A stretch of 64,000 nt of DNA from a virus (Duplodnaviria; Caudoviricetes): the IMG/VR virus record IMGVR_UViG_3300033067_001302, positions 18,596 through 82,595 of that record. One strand, 5' to 3'. Positions 17,901 through 26,307 of this stretch are shown here, one piece after another. Position numbers and translations under genes: made by a program. The number at the start of each line of letters is the position of its first letter. The stretch's first letter is position 1. Under the pieces are notes generated by a model. It was not told the DNA's origin. It saw nothing but the letters and a program-made list of their open reading frames with translations, and did not search any database.

Positions 17901-19629
17901 GAGCTGTCTTTGGATTGTCGGTCATGTCCTTGAAGAAGACCTTGAAGGTCTCCGTGATTCTTGAGAACATGGCTCTGAACTTGCGCGGCTCAAAGAGGTC
18001 TCCAATTCCCTTGAAAACATCCTTCACCCCAGGGAACATGTCGACGAAGGCTCTACCAACCTTGATTCCTTCGTAATATGCAGTTCTCAGATCAATCCTG
18101 AGCTCCCGCATAATCTTCCTGAACTCGCTGGAACGCTGGATACCAACCGTGAATCCCTGGATGAACCTATCGAAGAATCCACCCTTACCAAAGGACCCCG
18201 ACTTTACCAACCTCTCGATGGAATCAGCCAAAGCCTTCATTGCCTGCGTCTGAGTCAATTGAGACTTCTTTGCGGCATCGGCTTTCTTGGTGACTTGATC
18301 GTAAGTCATGCCCTGGTTCTTCATGGAGAACACAAGGTCAAGAGCGGAGTCCTCAAGGCCAGTTTGCTGGGCCAGCAAGGTCCTTTCCTGGCGGGTCATT
18401 GTCTCAACCGACCTGCCTGCCTGGAAGAATGCTTTCCTCAACTGCTCGACCCTTTCAGCAGGGTTCTGAGCCTTCATCATCTCAAGGGCGTCAACATTCA
18501 GCCCGAATGCCTGGGAGAGTTGAGCTGCACCCTCTGCGGCATCCGTGAAGTTGTCGTACTTCTCAATGACACCCATGACCTTGGAAACTTCAACGCCCAA
18601 ACGGCGGAAGTAGGTCACAGCTTGACCGATTTCCTTGATGGCAATTCCACCAAAGTGCTTGAAGTCAGCCATCAAAGTTCCCATGTCTCTGGAAATCTCC
18701 TTGGCTGAGCCTGCCGTTCCTCCAAACGCCTTGCTTAGTTGCGTGGAATAGTTGGTGATCTGTCGAAGTTCTTCAGTTACGGCTGTTCCAAGGGCATGAG
18801 ACCGTGTTGCAACCGCCTTTTGAGCCTCATCTGTTAGACCAAGGCCCTTGTAGTAGGCTCCAATGGACTCGGCATTCTGAACGAACTGCTTGGAGAGGTT
18901 GGCAAAGAGCGGCCCAAGGTTATGGGCATACTCCTGAAGGTATTTCAACCTTTCGGCGAGGTTTCCAAAAATCCTCGTGACAGAGAGTCCTGTCTGGGCC
19001 AGTTCCCCCTTCATGTTCTTTGCCATGTCAACAATGGCACGACCGGAGGTCTCCCTGAGAGAGCCAAATTCCTTTCGAATGTCCTCCAAAGCCTGAGCCA
19101 AGGCAGTATCCGCACCACCTGCATCGGCCATGGTGATCAACCCCTTCAACATCTTGAAAGGAATAGACAAGATGGCAATGCCAATTTGCCCAAGGGACTC
19201 AACCAAACCAAGACCTGCACTGGCGGCTGTCTTGAGCATGTTGGAGGAGAACTTCAAGCCCTGGACGAATCCGTCAATCGAGGAGGCTGCTACGGAGAAC
19301 CTCTTCACTTGCTTGGTCAGGGTATCCATCCCCTTACCTGTAGCTTGCTCCTTCTCAAGGGCTTCTTTCAGGGAGGAGTTCACCTTGTCGAACACATCTT
19401 GATTGGTGGAACCGAAGTCCTTCGATTTCTGAGATGCTTCTTCAACAGCCCGAGTTGTGTCTTCGACACTTGAGGCAACATCCTTGAAATTTGCCGACTT
19501 CATTGCTGAAACAAGGTTTTGCGTCAAAGACACTTGGTCTTTGAGGAGCTTGGAGGAGCTCTCCAAGAGCTTGTTCTGCTCAGCAATCAGTTCGTTGAGC
19601 TGAAGTTGAATATCAAGGTTGTTAGCCAT
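14965..19629 (-). CDS. Tape measure protein
   Basis: 1554 aa, Ala/Gly-rich and predominantly helical with central hydrophobic segments; lies upstream of the baseplate genes. Confidence 0.78.
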   Translation of the reverse strand: MANNLDIQLQLNELIAEQNKLLESSSKLLKDQVSLTQNLVSAMKSANFKDVASSVEDTTRAVEEASQKSKDFGSTNQDVFDKVNSSLKEALEKEQATGKGMDTLTKQVKRFSVAASSIDGFVQGLKFSSNMLKTAASAGLGLVESLGQIGIAILSIPFKMLKGLITMADAGGADTALAQALEDIRKEFGSLRETSGRAIVDMAKNMKGELAQTGLSVTRIFGNLAERLKYLQEYAHNLGPLFANLSKQFVQNAESIGAYYKGLGLTDEAQKAVATRSHALGTAVTEELRQITNYSTQLSKAFGGTAGSAKEISRDMGTLMADFKHFGGIAIKEIGQAVTYFRRLGVEVSKVMGVIEKYDNFTDAAEGAAQLSQAFGLNVDALEMMKAQNPAERVEQLRKAFFQAGRSVETMTRQERTLLAQQTGLEDSALDLVFSMKNQGMTYDQVTKKADAAKKSQLTQTQAMKALADSIERLVKSGSFGKGGFFDRFIQGFTVGIQRSSEFRKIMRELRIDLRTAYYEGIKVGRAFVDMFPGVKDVFKGIGDLFEPRKFRAMFSRITETFKVFFKDMTDNPKTALPKLLEHLKDDFFSWFGNNSPNSQRILDGFKKFFVALSNIAGGMLKIAMTTLTKGLREVTDIITGRKGLGGAGGAASGAQSFVAQLLGPIVDAIKEAGPGLWKATKEMFSALWVKVEPWVKENFMKVIGALAAPAFVGMAGRAISTSIAGAFATGLMNWAQSGGISKAFNSVKGMFATQVSAASQAMSKLPIPPAGGAGAGGAAAGVIKGAEQAATAASTSKVNWGAALVKMAAITLFITVGMAGIMYAIFRFAKAMQENRLTTQSIAAAAGAMITTATSMLAIAGAVKLLSAINLNAGMVGKIAIGVAMIGVVGAAMAYATVGLIKLFGNIETSKITKSVLVMGAMGTFFLAASAVVAIAGVVGLAATAGGGVGALVIAAGMATIAASIAVMTVQGMAIMRAIDNFRPGPGFADKAKIFVEVMKGVGQFAANVAQMVSATTPSFIDFIRGTGAAQQKENLKQVENLINALGGQIVRIVDAIRTNVQGLTGSEQQVKSAQIIGDLLSGVSGLANALKPPSEAINEPSFLQGLEGDSVARRISLMTDYVSEVGNKLSQFVRTVVATVTTNLPSGFTEAQAKAAQVIPSILAGVGDMAQALRPSASLLAEMNRGAQFHGVVQHMSAFIRDTMRTITGSDLFVKIGDLLKSVASSVESLNPEQVKALQAIAPAIGPIFTVIGSIGSIIAGLARGQGGGDTGLAARTTPADAGTIFQMTNLVNTFFSRVKDDLPVLVTNMRAAFAGISVKEASSLTRGMQAMQSLFQVVSEIPRFIQSFKGSAGDQGVGQMTTLRDITHTMNLLLLTLTGGEGSKGLISILQTIVPQLKSVGAVIGNPAAFSAKLDSMRAVFNTLSQIPQMIQSLSRVENIATVTSNVANQIERVQFARIATVVTDMVAHVNQLSATIRGIRPIEIEQSLQHLGDSIGLGSQGEYTIQNRNFTVNVNVTIKLDNNGLDALELGMLRRVGPHPTRINHGSLER

Positions 19630-19699
19630 CTGCTACTTCGGGAATAATTAGACTCGTGTCCAATTCGCCGGATGTTTTCGGCTAACCGTGGGAAGCAAC

Positions 19700-19966
19700 A
19701 TGTCAGACTACAAACTCTCAGCAACAGGAAAGCTTTTCTTTGCTTCTTTGGTTGCCGCAATGCAAGGCGGCAAATCCTCCATCAAGATCAAAGGGACGCC
19801 GCAGTACATCAAGGCACTTACTGACGTAATCAAGGCTTCAAAAGCCTTCCAGGAAGAAGTGGAAAAACCTGATGCTACGATCGAATCCGTAATTGAAAAG
19901 ATGCGCCTAAAGAACATGGCCGCAGCAGATTTCAAAGTTCAAACAGGATTTCCTTGGCCTTTGTGA
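19700..19966 (+). CDS. Hypothetical protein, divergent from the tape measure gene
   Basis: ATG at 19700 (MSDYKL...FPWPL), typical phage codon usage. Confidence 0.6.
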   Translation: MSDYKLSATGKLFFASLVAAMQGGKSSIKIKGTPQYIKALTDVIKASKAFQEEVEKPDATIESVIEKMRLKNMAAADFKVQTGFPWPL

Positions 19967-20014
19967 GACAAAACCTCCCCTCTGTGTTACACTCCTCTCT
20001 GGAGTCACAAACAC

Positions 20015-20896
20015 ATGAAGTTCAACTACGAAGGTCATTCTCTCAAATCAGGCATCTACAAGCTGGTCAATACTAGCAATGGCCGATTATACATTGGCAG
20101 CGCAAAAGAATTCAAAGAGCGTTGGCAAGCTCATGCACGGCAATTGAAAGCTGGCAAACACTCAAACAAATACCTCCAAAACGACTTCAATAAGTGTGGA
20201 TCGGAGGTGTTTGAGTTTCATGTTGTCGAACTAACTGATGTTTCCAAGGAACAGAGGATGCTTCGAGAGCAACACTATTTGGACCAACTCCACGACAACA
20301 TGGATAATTGTTACAACTTCAAAAAACAAGCACAGTCACCGGAAGGTGAAAAGTTTGGGCGTTCAATGAAGGAGATTTGGGAACGGCCCGAGTATCGTGC
20401 TCGACAATCTGAGATTCAATCTCAACGAACCAAGGAGTTGTGGCAGGACCCCGAGTACCGTGCCAAGCACGAGGAGAAGATTCGAGAGTTCACTCAGACA
20501 GAGGAATACCGAGAAAAGCTTCGGGAATTCACTAAGGCCCGCTGGGCTAATCCTGAGTTCCGAGAGCAGGTGGCGAGCTCCTTTCAGAGTGAAGAGTTCA
20601 AAAAGAAGGTGGGGGACCACTCCAGGACTCTTTGGCAAGATGAAGAGTATAGAGCCAAGCAATCAGAATCCCGTAAAGCAGCATGGGACTCTGATCCTGA
20701 GCGCAAACGGAAGGCATCTGAGCGGCTGAAAGGCCGAATGGCAAAGACCTACACTCTTCGAAGCCCCGAAGGAGAAGTGGTGACTTTCACCAACATGCAG
20801 GCTTTCTGCTTGGAGCGGGGCCTTCAACCTTCTGGCCTGTGCAAGGTTGCAAATGGCAAATGGGCTTCATACAAGGGATGGACCAAACCTAGTTAG
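20015..20896 (+). CDS. GIY-YIG homing endonuclease
   Basis: SGIYKLVNTSNGRLYIGSA..F.ERW..H; repeat linker; C-terminal HTH-like module ending YKGW. Confidence 0.88.
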   Translation: MKFNYEGHSLKSGIYKLVNTSNGRLYIGSAKEFKERWQAHARQLKAGKHSNKYLQNDFNKCGSEVFEFHVVELTDVSKEQRMLREQHYLDQLHDNMDNCYNFKKQAQSPEGEKFGRSMKEIWERPEYRARQSEIQSQRTKELWQDPEYRAKHEEKIREFTQTEEYREKLREFTKARWANPEFREQVASSFQSEEFKKKVGDHSRTLWQDEEYRAKQSESRKAAWDSDPERKRKASERLKGRMAKTYTLRSPEGEVVTFTNMQAFCLERGLQPSGLCKVANGKWASYKGWTKPS

Positions 20897-20906
20897 CTGA
20901 TAGCTC

Positions 20907-21572
20907 ATGACAGTTCAATACTCCCTAGTTTCCAACGAAGACGACGAAGATGGCTTCATTAACCAACTCTATGAGCTTAGTAATGCCGTTGGCATTCACT
21001 TCAATCGAGCAGAAGAGCCATTTGAAGTAGCTCTCGTGGATGGCGAAGTGGTGGGCGGCTCCGTCGTCTCATTGTCGATGGACGAGGTCGGTTTCAGTGT
21101 GGTGATTAACCCTCAGCATCAGGGGCTTGGCATTGGGAAGACACTGATTGCTCATATCCTTAGTCATGCCAGGGAAATGGGTGCTGCATCCGTCTATGCG
21201 GACGTGGTGAATGATACGGTGTTAAGGCCATATTTGGCGAAACTAGGCTTCCACGAAGAAGAGGGTAGAATCATGCGAAAGCAACTCCAGGAAACAAAAA
21301 CAACCATGAAGAAATCGGAACTGATCAAGCTCATCCAAGAGAGCGTATCGAATGCTCTCAAGGAATACGACGAAGGGGACAAGGCTCTCCAAGCGGACGT
21401 TCGCCTCGACCAAGCTGTTAGGGAGGCTGACCAACTTGTGGACTCCCTGAGAGCTCTGGTGAAGGCAATGCAGCGCAAGCAGGACTTTGCCATGCTCTCG
21501 ATGTTCAACAAGTCGCTTGGTGGCTTCGTCCAAAAGGTAGCGACGGCTGTTAGAACCGGAAAGGTTCAGTAA
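20907..21572 (+). CDS. GNAT acetyltransferase fused to a helical domain starting MKKSELIKLIQE
   Basis: Acetyl-CoA motif A VINPQHQGLGIGKTLI; YLAKLGF. Confidence 0.72.
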   Translation: MTVQYSLVSNEDDEDGFINQLYELSNAVGIHFNRAEEPFEVALVDGEVVGGSVVSLSMDEVGFSVVINPQHQGLGIGKTLIAHILSHAREMGAASVYADVVNDTVLRPYLAKLGFHEEEGRIMRKQLQETKTTMKKSELIKLIQESVSNALKEYDEGDKALQADVRLDQAVREADQLVDSLRALVKAMQRKQDFAMLSMFNKSLGGFVQKVATAVRTGKVQ

Positions 21573-21575
21573 CCC

Positions 21576-22121
21576 ATGTTCTCCAAGGTGGCCGAGAAGG
21601 TTCTGAAGCTGGTTCACCCTGACGGCTTCCACAAGAGAATCTCCGTTAAGACCTTCCAGCTTCCCAATGGACTGGAAGAGACTTTCTTTGTTGACTTGGG
21701 GAAGGACTCTGTTCAAGTTCTCTGCATTACCAAACCCGAACCTGGGATTGAACCCGATGTTGTTCTCGTCCAACAGTTTCGACCTGGAACCGAGCAGCTT
21801 GAACTGGAACTCCCAGGTGGCGGCTTGGATACGGGAGAGAACCCACTGGAAGGTGGAATCAGGGAGCTCAGGGAAGAGACCGGATACGTGGGAGATGCCA
21901 CATATCTTGGCAAACTTCCATACTCTCCATACTCAACGGGCTGGCGTCATTGCGTTTTGGTGATCAATGCAAAGAAAGTCGATCACCAATCATTGGACCC
22001 AAATGAGTTCGTTTCCATTCTCAAGATGCCTCTTCGGGACTTCAGAATGAAGATGAAGAATGGAGAAATCCGTGGATGGGATTTGGGCTACATGGGTTTG
22101 GACTATTTGGGCAAACTGTAA
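21576..22121 (+). CDS. NUDIX hydrolase (ADP-ribose pyrophosphatase-like)
   Basis: Nudix box GGGLDTGENPLEGGIRELREETGY, preceded by VLVQQFRP..ELELP. Confidence 0.9.
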   Translation: MFSKVAEKVLKLVHPDGFHKRISVKTFQLPNGLEETFFVDLGKDSVQVLCITKPEPGIEPDVVLVQQFRPGTEQLELELPGGGLDTGENPLEGGIRELREETGYVGDATYLGKLPYSPYSTGWRHCVLVINAKKVDHQSLDPNEFVSILKMPLRDFRMKMKNGEIRGWDLGYMGLDYLGKL

Positions 22122-22167
22122 AGTTGCCAATAATACGGGGCTCAATTACATTGGAAAGGCTTGAGGA

Positions 22168-22842
22168 TCACTTCTTCGGAAGTGTCTTGAGCCCTTCATT
22201 GAGAAGGCGAATGTTCTTCTCAATAGTAGATTCAGCAAGCTTCTCAATGAAGGATTGAGCTGGATAGCTGTGTCCTTCAAAGGTAAAATGACGCTCGGCA
22301 CGAGGGAGAGAGCCTTTCTTCTGTTCTTTGTCTTGCTTGGAACGGTACTCTGAGTATGCCTGCCCAATGGTCATTGGATTAAACTGGCCGAGGTCCATCG
22401 TATCGCCGTTCTTGAAGTGCAGCCGAACCTGTCCGCCTGTTTCTGGACCAGCGTAGACAACAGCATCCTGATCAAAATGCTTTCCAAGACGATTGGCCGT
22501 CTCCAGGTCAATTTTGAATACCATCAATGATGGCTCGACGCTATCGACCAGTTTGTCGGGAGGGCATTGATCGTACGGAACGGAGGTGTCTTGACATTCC
22601 TGCCAGTGTCCACGTAGCTGAATGTAGCCCAGCCCCTTGGCTCGAACGAAGCTTTGTAGGGCCTGGAAGTTCGCCAGATTGGTCTTCTTGTCGTTGGACT
22701 GACGCCAGGAAGTGAGAATTGCAAATCCCTCCTCCTTCGCCTTGTTGACATGGGACATGATCCGGTTTAGTGAACTCTCAAAGAGTTTACTCTTTTCGTT
22801 CTTCAACTTGGCGGCAAGAATGGTTTGCAGGTTATCTTCCAT
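22168..22842 (-). CDS. Conserved-looking phage protein (ESSLNR...FAILTSWR family), function unknown
   Basis: Start re-placed at MEDNLQ (22842); pattern AILTSWR...GLGYIQLRGHW.E...EPSL...LGKHFDQDAV recalled from other phages, not searched. Confidence 0.55.
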   Translation of the reverse strand: MEDNLQTILAAKLKNEKSKLFESSLNRIMSHVNKAKEEGFAILTSWRQSNDKKTNLANFQALQSFVRAKGLGYIQLRGHWQECQDTSVPYDQCPPDKLVDSVEPSLMVFKIDLETANRLGKHFDQDAVVYAGPETGGQVRLHFKNGDTMDLGQFNPMTIGQAYSEYRSKQDKEQKKGSLPRAERHFTFEGHSYPAQSFIEKLAESTIEKNIRLLNEGLKTLPKK

Positions 22843-22907
22843 ATAGATCCTAATAATGGTGAGAAGTTGAACTTGACAAGGTAAGTGTGAAGCTGTTATT
22901 CGAATAG

Positions 22908-23477
22908 TCAAGCCCTGGGAGTTGGTTCCCAACAAGCGCCGCAGCGGGGCTCGTAGAGCCCGTGAGCGCCAACCTCTACAGCTTCACCCGTCTTGGCATA
23001 TGGAAGCTCCCTGTAGGTCCTTCCAGCATCTTCCTTGCAGCAGACGCAGATAGCCTTGAGCTTGGTCACTTCATCTGCCTTAGCAAGGAGAACTGGGACA
23101 GCACCAAACGGCTCCCCGTAGGTGTTCATGTCAAGGCCAGCACAGATCACACGAATCCCATCAGCAAGCAACCCATCAACAACGGGGACGATCCAGCTTG
23201 GATCAAAGAACTGGACCTCGTCAAATGCGACAACCTTCGTGTTGTCCCCAACAACGAACCTTTCCTTGGTGTTGATCGGAACAGGCTTGACTCCGGTAGC
23301 AGACTCAAGGTCTGTCTTCCCGTGGGAGACAATCCTCTCCACGCCATACCTGTAATCCATAGATGGCTTGAAAACTTGGATGTCTTGACCAGAGATGGTG
23401 CAGCGCTTGACTCGACGAATGAGTTCCTCTGTCTTGCCTGCAAACATGGGACCACAAATGACTTCTAGCTTGCTCAT
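22908..23477 (-). CDS. tdk: Thymidine kinase
   Basis: GPMFAGKTEELIRR, VAFDEVQFF, AGLDMNTYGEPFG, KLKAICVCC, YEPRCGAC; start at MSKLEV (23477). Confidence 0.95.
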   Translation of the reverse strand: MSKLEVICGPMFAGKTEELIRRVKRCTISGQDIQVFKPSMDYRYGVERIVSHGKTDLESATGVKPVPINTKERFVVGDNTKVVAFDEVQFFDPSWIVPVVDGLLADGIRVICAGLDMNTYGEPFGAVPVLLAKADEVTKLKAICVCCKEDAGRTYRELPYAKTGEAVEVGAHGLYEPRCGACWEPTPRA

Positions 23478-23518
23478 GGTTATGGAGTATCGCCTTCTGA
23501 AACCAGAATGTTGCTGGT

Positions 23519-24223
23519 TCAACCCTTGCCGTAATACGTCTTGTTGACAGCCTCGGTAAACCCGGAGTCGATAATTACGGCCTTCCCACCAACGATTCCC
23601 CATGAGTCAAGCTTGGCAATATCTCCTGGCTCGTACTTGCAATCACGAATGGCCTTTACAACTCTAGCAAAGAACTGATTTGTCGAGGCTTGAGCGTAGT
23701 TCTGCTGGTCCTGGGGAGTCACATTGGAAGCCTTACCAGCAAATGCACCCTTGAGAGCTGACCAAAACGTCTTCCAAGGAAGTCCGGTGAGCGACCTAAA
23801 GGCATCCTCTGTCATTGGCTGAGCTTCCTCAACCAAGATCCAAAAGCCCGCTGGACTCTGCTCAAATGTCTTCGGAAAGAGAGAAACCACATCTGCCGAG
23901 GAAGCGCAGACAGTAGCCTCAGCTTGGTTCTGCCCAATCCCTCCGTCATTCTTGGCAACCTTCAAGACCTTACCATTCCCCAAACGATAAACGAGCCGCC
24001 CTTGACCCTCACCAAGGAGAGCTCGTCCCAGGGTCTTGTTGACGTACTCCAGGACAGCGTTAAGATCCCCCAGCTTGCGTAGTTCATCGAAGTTGAACGC
24101 TACTTGTGGCGCAGAGCTTCCAGAAGAAGAGGGTTTTCTTACTGGAGCGGTCGAGGCATCAAAGTCCTCACTGAGGTAGAGGTTGATGGCAGCTTCGATG
24201 TACCTATGGAGTGGGGTGGTCAT
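23519..24223 (-). CDS. Protein-kinase-like fold protein 1
   Basis: G-loop LGEGQGRLVY, VLKVAK lysine, QNQAE alphaC glutamate, catalytic-loop-like GDIAKLDSWG, metal-binding IIDSGF. Confidence 0.72.
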   Translation of the reverse strand: MTTPLHRYIEAAINLYLSEDFDASTAPVRKPSSSGSSAPQVAFNFDELRKLGDLNAVLEYVNKTLGRALLGEGQGRLVYRLGNGKVLKVAKNDGGIGQNQAEATVCASSADVVSLFPKTFEQSPAGFWILVEEAQPMTEDAFRSLTGLPWKTFWSALKGAFAGKASNVTPQDQQNYAQASTNQFFARVVKAIRDCKYEPGDIAKLDSWGIVGGKAVIIDSGFTEAVNKTYYGKG

Positions 24224-24254
24224 GTTACCCGTTAATTAGGGCACCCCGCCAGCT

Positions 24255-24593
24255 CTATTTGTCGTTGTAAACGACCTTCAGGACGCCAATCCACTCACCG
24301 TTTGTATCATCCTCGTCCAGGATCACACACTCACGCAAGGGTTTGACCGGAAGAGGGCAATATCCCCATCTCTCCGTGATCTTCATGACCTTGTTGTGGA
24401 CCTCGCTCAGATCAATGAAGCGAATCTTCCACGAAGAGTCATCCCCCCAATAGCAACCACAAAGGAAGCCGAAGGAAGCGAACCTCAACCTCGTTTCCTT
24501 CGGAGGTGGTTCCCCTTCTTCCTCCGGCTCATTGTACTCTGGCTGGTTATCCCAAGTGGCGTGCCAGAGAGGTAACGTTTTGAATTGCGTCAA
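24255..24593 (-). CDS. Hypothetical protein
   Basis: 112-aa ORF with ATGA overlap to the upstream stop. Confidence 0.55.
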   Translation of the reverse strand: MTQFKTLPLWHATWDNQPEYNEPEEEGEPPPKETRLRFASFGFLCGCYWGDDSSWKIRFIDLSEVHNKVMKITERWGYCPLPVKPLRECVILDEDDTNGEWIGVLKVVYNDK

Positions 24594-24862
24594 GTAAACC
24601 TGCGCAGCTTTGCTGGAACCTCTGGCCTCGACTTGTTTGTCAGTGAACGAACGTCGGGTGTGTTGTCGTGCAGTCCCTTGCTCGTTTGACCATTCTGAGC
24701 TTCAGCGGCCTTCTGAATCTCCTCGTTGATTCTCTTGATCAACCACCTGCGATAGATGATCGGGAAGTTGTAGAAGTCCTTCCAGGAAGTCATCCCGAAG
24801 TAGTAACCGAGAGCGAAGAAGGGCTCAAGGATAACCTTGGCTCTATCTTCAGGAGTTAGGCC
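24590..24862 (-). CDS. Frameshift extension of the tail assembly chaperone (GT-like segment)
   Basis: GLTPEDRAKVILEPFFALGYYFGMTSWKDFYNFPIIYRRWLIKRINEE has no credible start of its own and begins at the U7 run of the upstream gene, in its +1 frame. Confidence 0.65.
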   Translation of the reverse strand, partial: GLTPEDRAKVILEPFFALGYYFGMTSWKDFYNFPIIYRRWLIKRINEEIQKAAEAQNGQTSKGLHDNTPDVRSLTNKSRPEVPAKLRRFT

Positions 24863-25706
24863 AAAAAAAGGAGGCTCCCATTGGGACAGCAACCTCCTCG
24901 GTGTGTCCACAATTTGGACACTCGAACTGACAACGCATGTCAATTCCCGGCTCATGCTGTTCCATGTACTTGCGGAGGGCCAGAGAGTCCCTTGCTGGCA
25001 GGTAGGTGATGGTCTTGGCGATCGTGTTGCGATCCTCAACGCCATCAACCGAGAGAACGCAAGAAGTCAGACGGGTTGTGATCACGCTGTCAACAGCAAG
25101 ACCCTTCTTTTTCTTTGCCTCAACAATTGCCGCAATCTCTTCCTCGTCCTTGCCTGTCAAGAAGCGGAACGCCACAACCTTCCCCGAAACAGGGAGCTTG
25201 AAGGCAAACCTGTTCACTCCAGGCTCCACTGGATCAAGTTCAAGTGGCTTGATATCCAGGTCGCTCAAGTTGATTGGGTATTCCGTCTTTTGCTCGCAAG
25301 ATGGACATTGAACAACTGGGGTGTACTCCGGTCCGTATCCTGTAATACGGATTGCAACCATCAAGGCGTTCCTGTCACCGGCAAGGAGATCGTTCACTGA
25401 AACTCCTGGAGTGAGAAGGCACGAACGGATCAACTCGGTGATCACTGTACCCTTCTTGATCAGGGCACGCGACATAAGGATATCTTCCTCTTGAGTTGTC
25501 ATGCCCTTGATATCAATGAACTCCTTGCCGTGCAATGGAGAACCCACGGGATAAACCAATCCTCGGCTTGGCAGAGGCACCTGAGCGCTTGGGATTTGAA
25601 TTTCCTGCATTGGCACAGCGGAAACCTTGTTTCCCTCTGCGGCTTGGCGTGCAGCGAAGATAGCGTTTCTTACTGCCCTGTCATCTTCTGGCGACATTCC
25701 TGACAT
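24849..25706 (-). CDS. Tail assembly chaperone / baseplate hub assembly protein (T4 gp26-like)
   Basis: VPLPSRGLVYP, MTTQEEDIL, LLAGDRNALMVAIRITGYG, two CxxC motifs, ends FFWPNS. Confidence 0.75.
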   Translation of the reverse strand: MSGMSPEDDRAVRNAIFAARQAAEGNKVSAVPMQEIQIPSAQVPLPSRGLVYPVGSPLHGKEFIDIKGMTTQEEDILMSRALIKKGTVITELIRSCLLTPGVSVNDLLAGDRNALMVAIRITGYGPEYTPVVQCPSCEQKTEYPINLSDLDIKPLELDPVEPGVNRFAFKLPVSGKVVAFRFLTGKDEEEIAAIVEAKKKKGLAVDSVITTRLTSCVLSVDGVEDRNTIAKTITYLPARDSLALRKYMEQHEPGIDMRCQFECPNCGHTEEVAVPMGASFFWPNS

Positions 25707-25803
25707 TGTCCTTGAATCCTTTTCTCGTTACGGCGAGCTCTTGCTCTTGGCCGTACATAGTGGTCAGGACAATTTTCGACAGAATTCGCACGTTGGTTAA
25801 CGC

Positions 25804-26262
25804 TCAACGCTTTTGGAAGATTTCCACCAAGGCTCTCATCAAGGAAGAGAATGGAACCCTTGGGAAAACACCAAGGGCTACGATGTACATGGCCAAGGCG
25901 TGAATATCCTTTTTTGGTGTGGTCACACCCTTGAGGATCTTCGCTGCTGTGCTAACAGCCAATGCCTGCCCCTTGGTATCCTGCCCTTGTGTCTGTCTCT
26001 GAGTCTTAGGGTCAGTTAGAACCACTTCTGGTGCAGGGTATTCATCGAGCGTCTGAAGGACAGTTGTCAACTGTGACTTCAGGAGAGCCATCTCGTGTTC
26101 CTGACGGTCTTTTCTGGCGTAAATGTTCAACTTCTTCTTCCCAAGACGCAAGTTGTCGGGGTGAAGCTTGGATTTGCGGTAATACTTGCTTCCCTCAGAG
26201 AGAGCCTTCTTGACCTCTCTCCTTGCGAACTCCAGGATCAGTTCTTCTAGCGCCTTGTTCAT
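25804..26262 (-). CDS. Hypothetical late protein with leader helix
   Basis: MNKALEELILEFARREVKKALSE; TAGTTA motif at 26269-26274. Confidence 0.6.
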   Translation of the reverse strand: MNKALEELILEFARREVKKALSEGSKYYRKSKLHPDNLRLGKKKLNIYARKDRQEHEMALLKSQLTTVLQTLDEYPAPEVVLTDPKTQRQTQGQDTKGQALAVSTAAKILKGVTTPKKDIHALAMYIVALGVFPRVPFSSLMRALVEIFQKR

Positions 26263-26307
26263 CTTTGGTAACTATGGCAGTGAATTCTCTTCCTTGCTAG
26301 AGCTACA

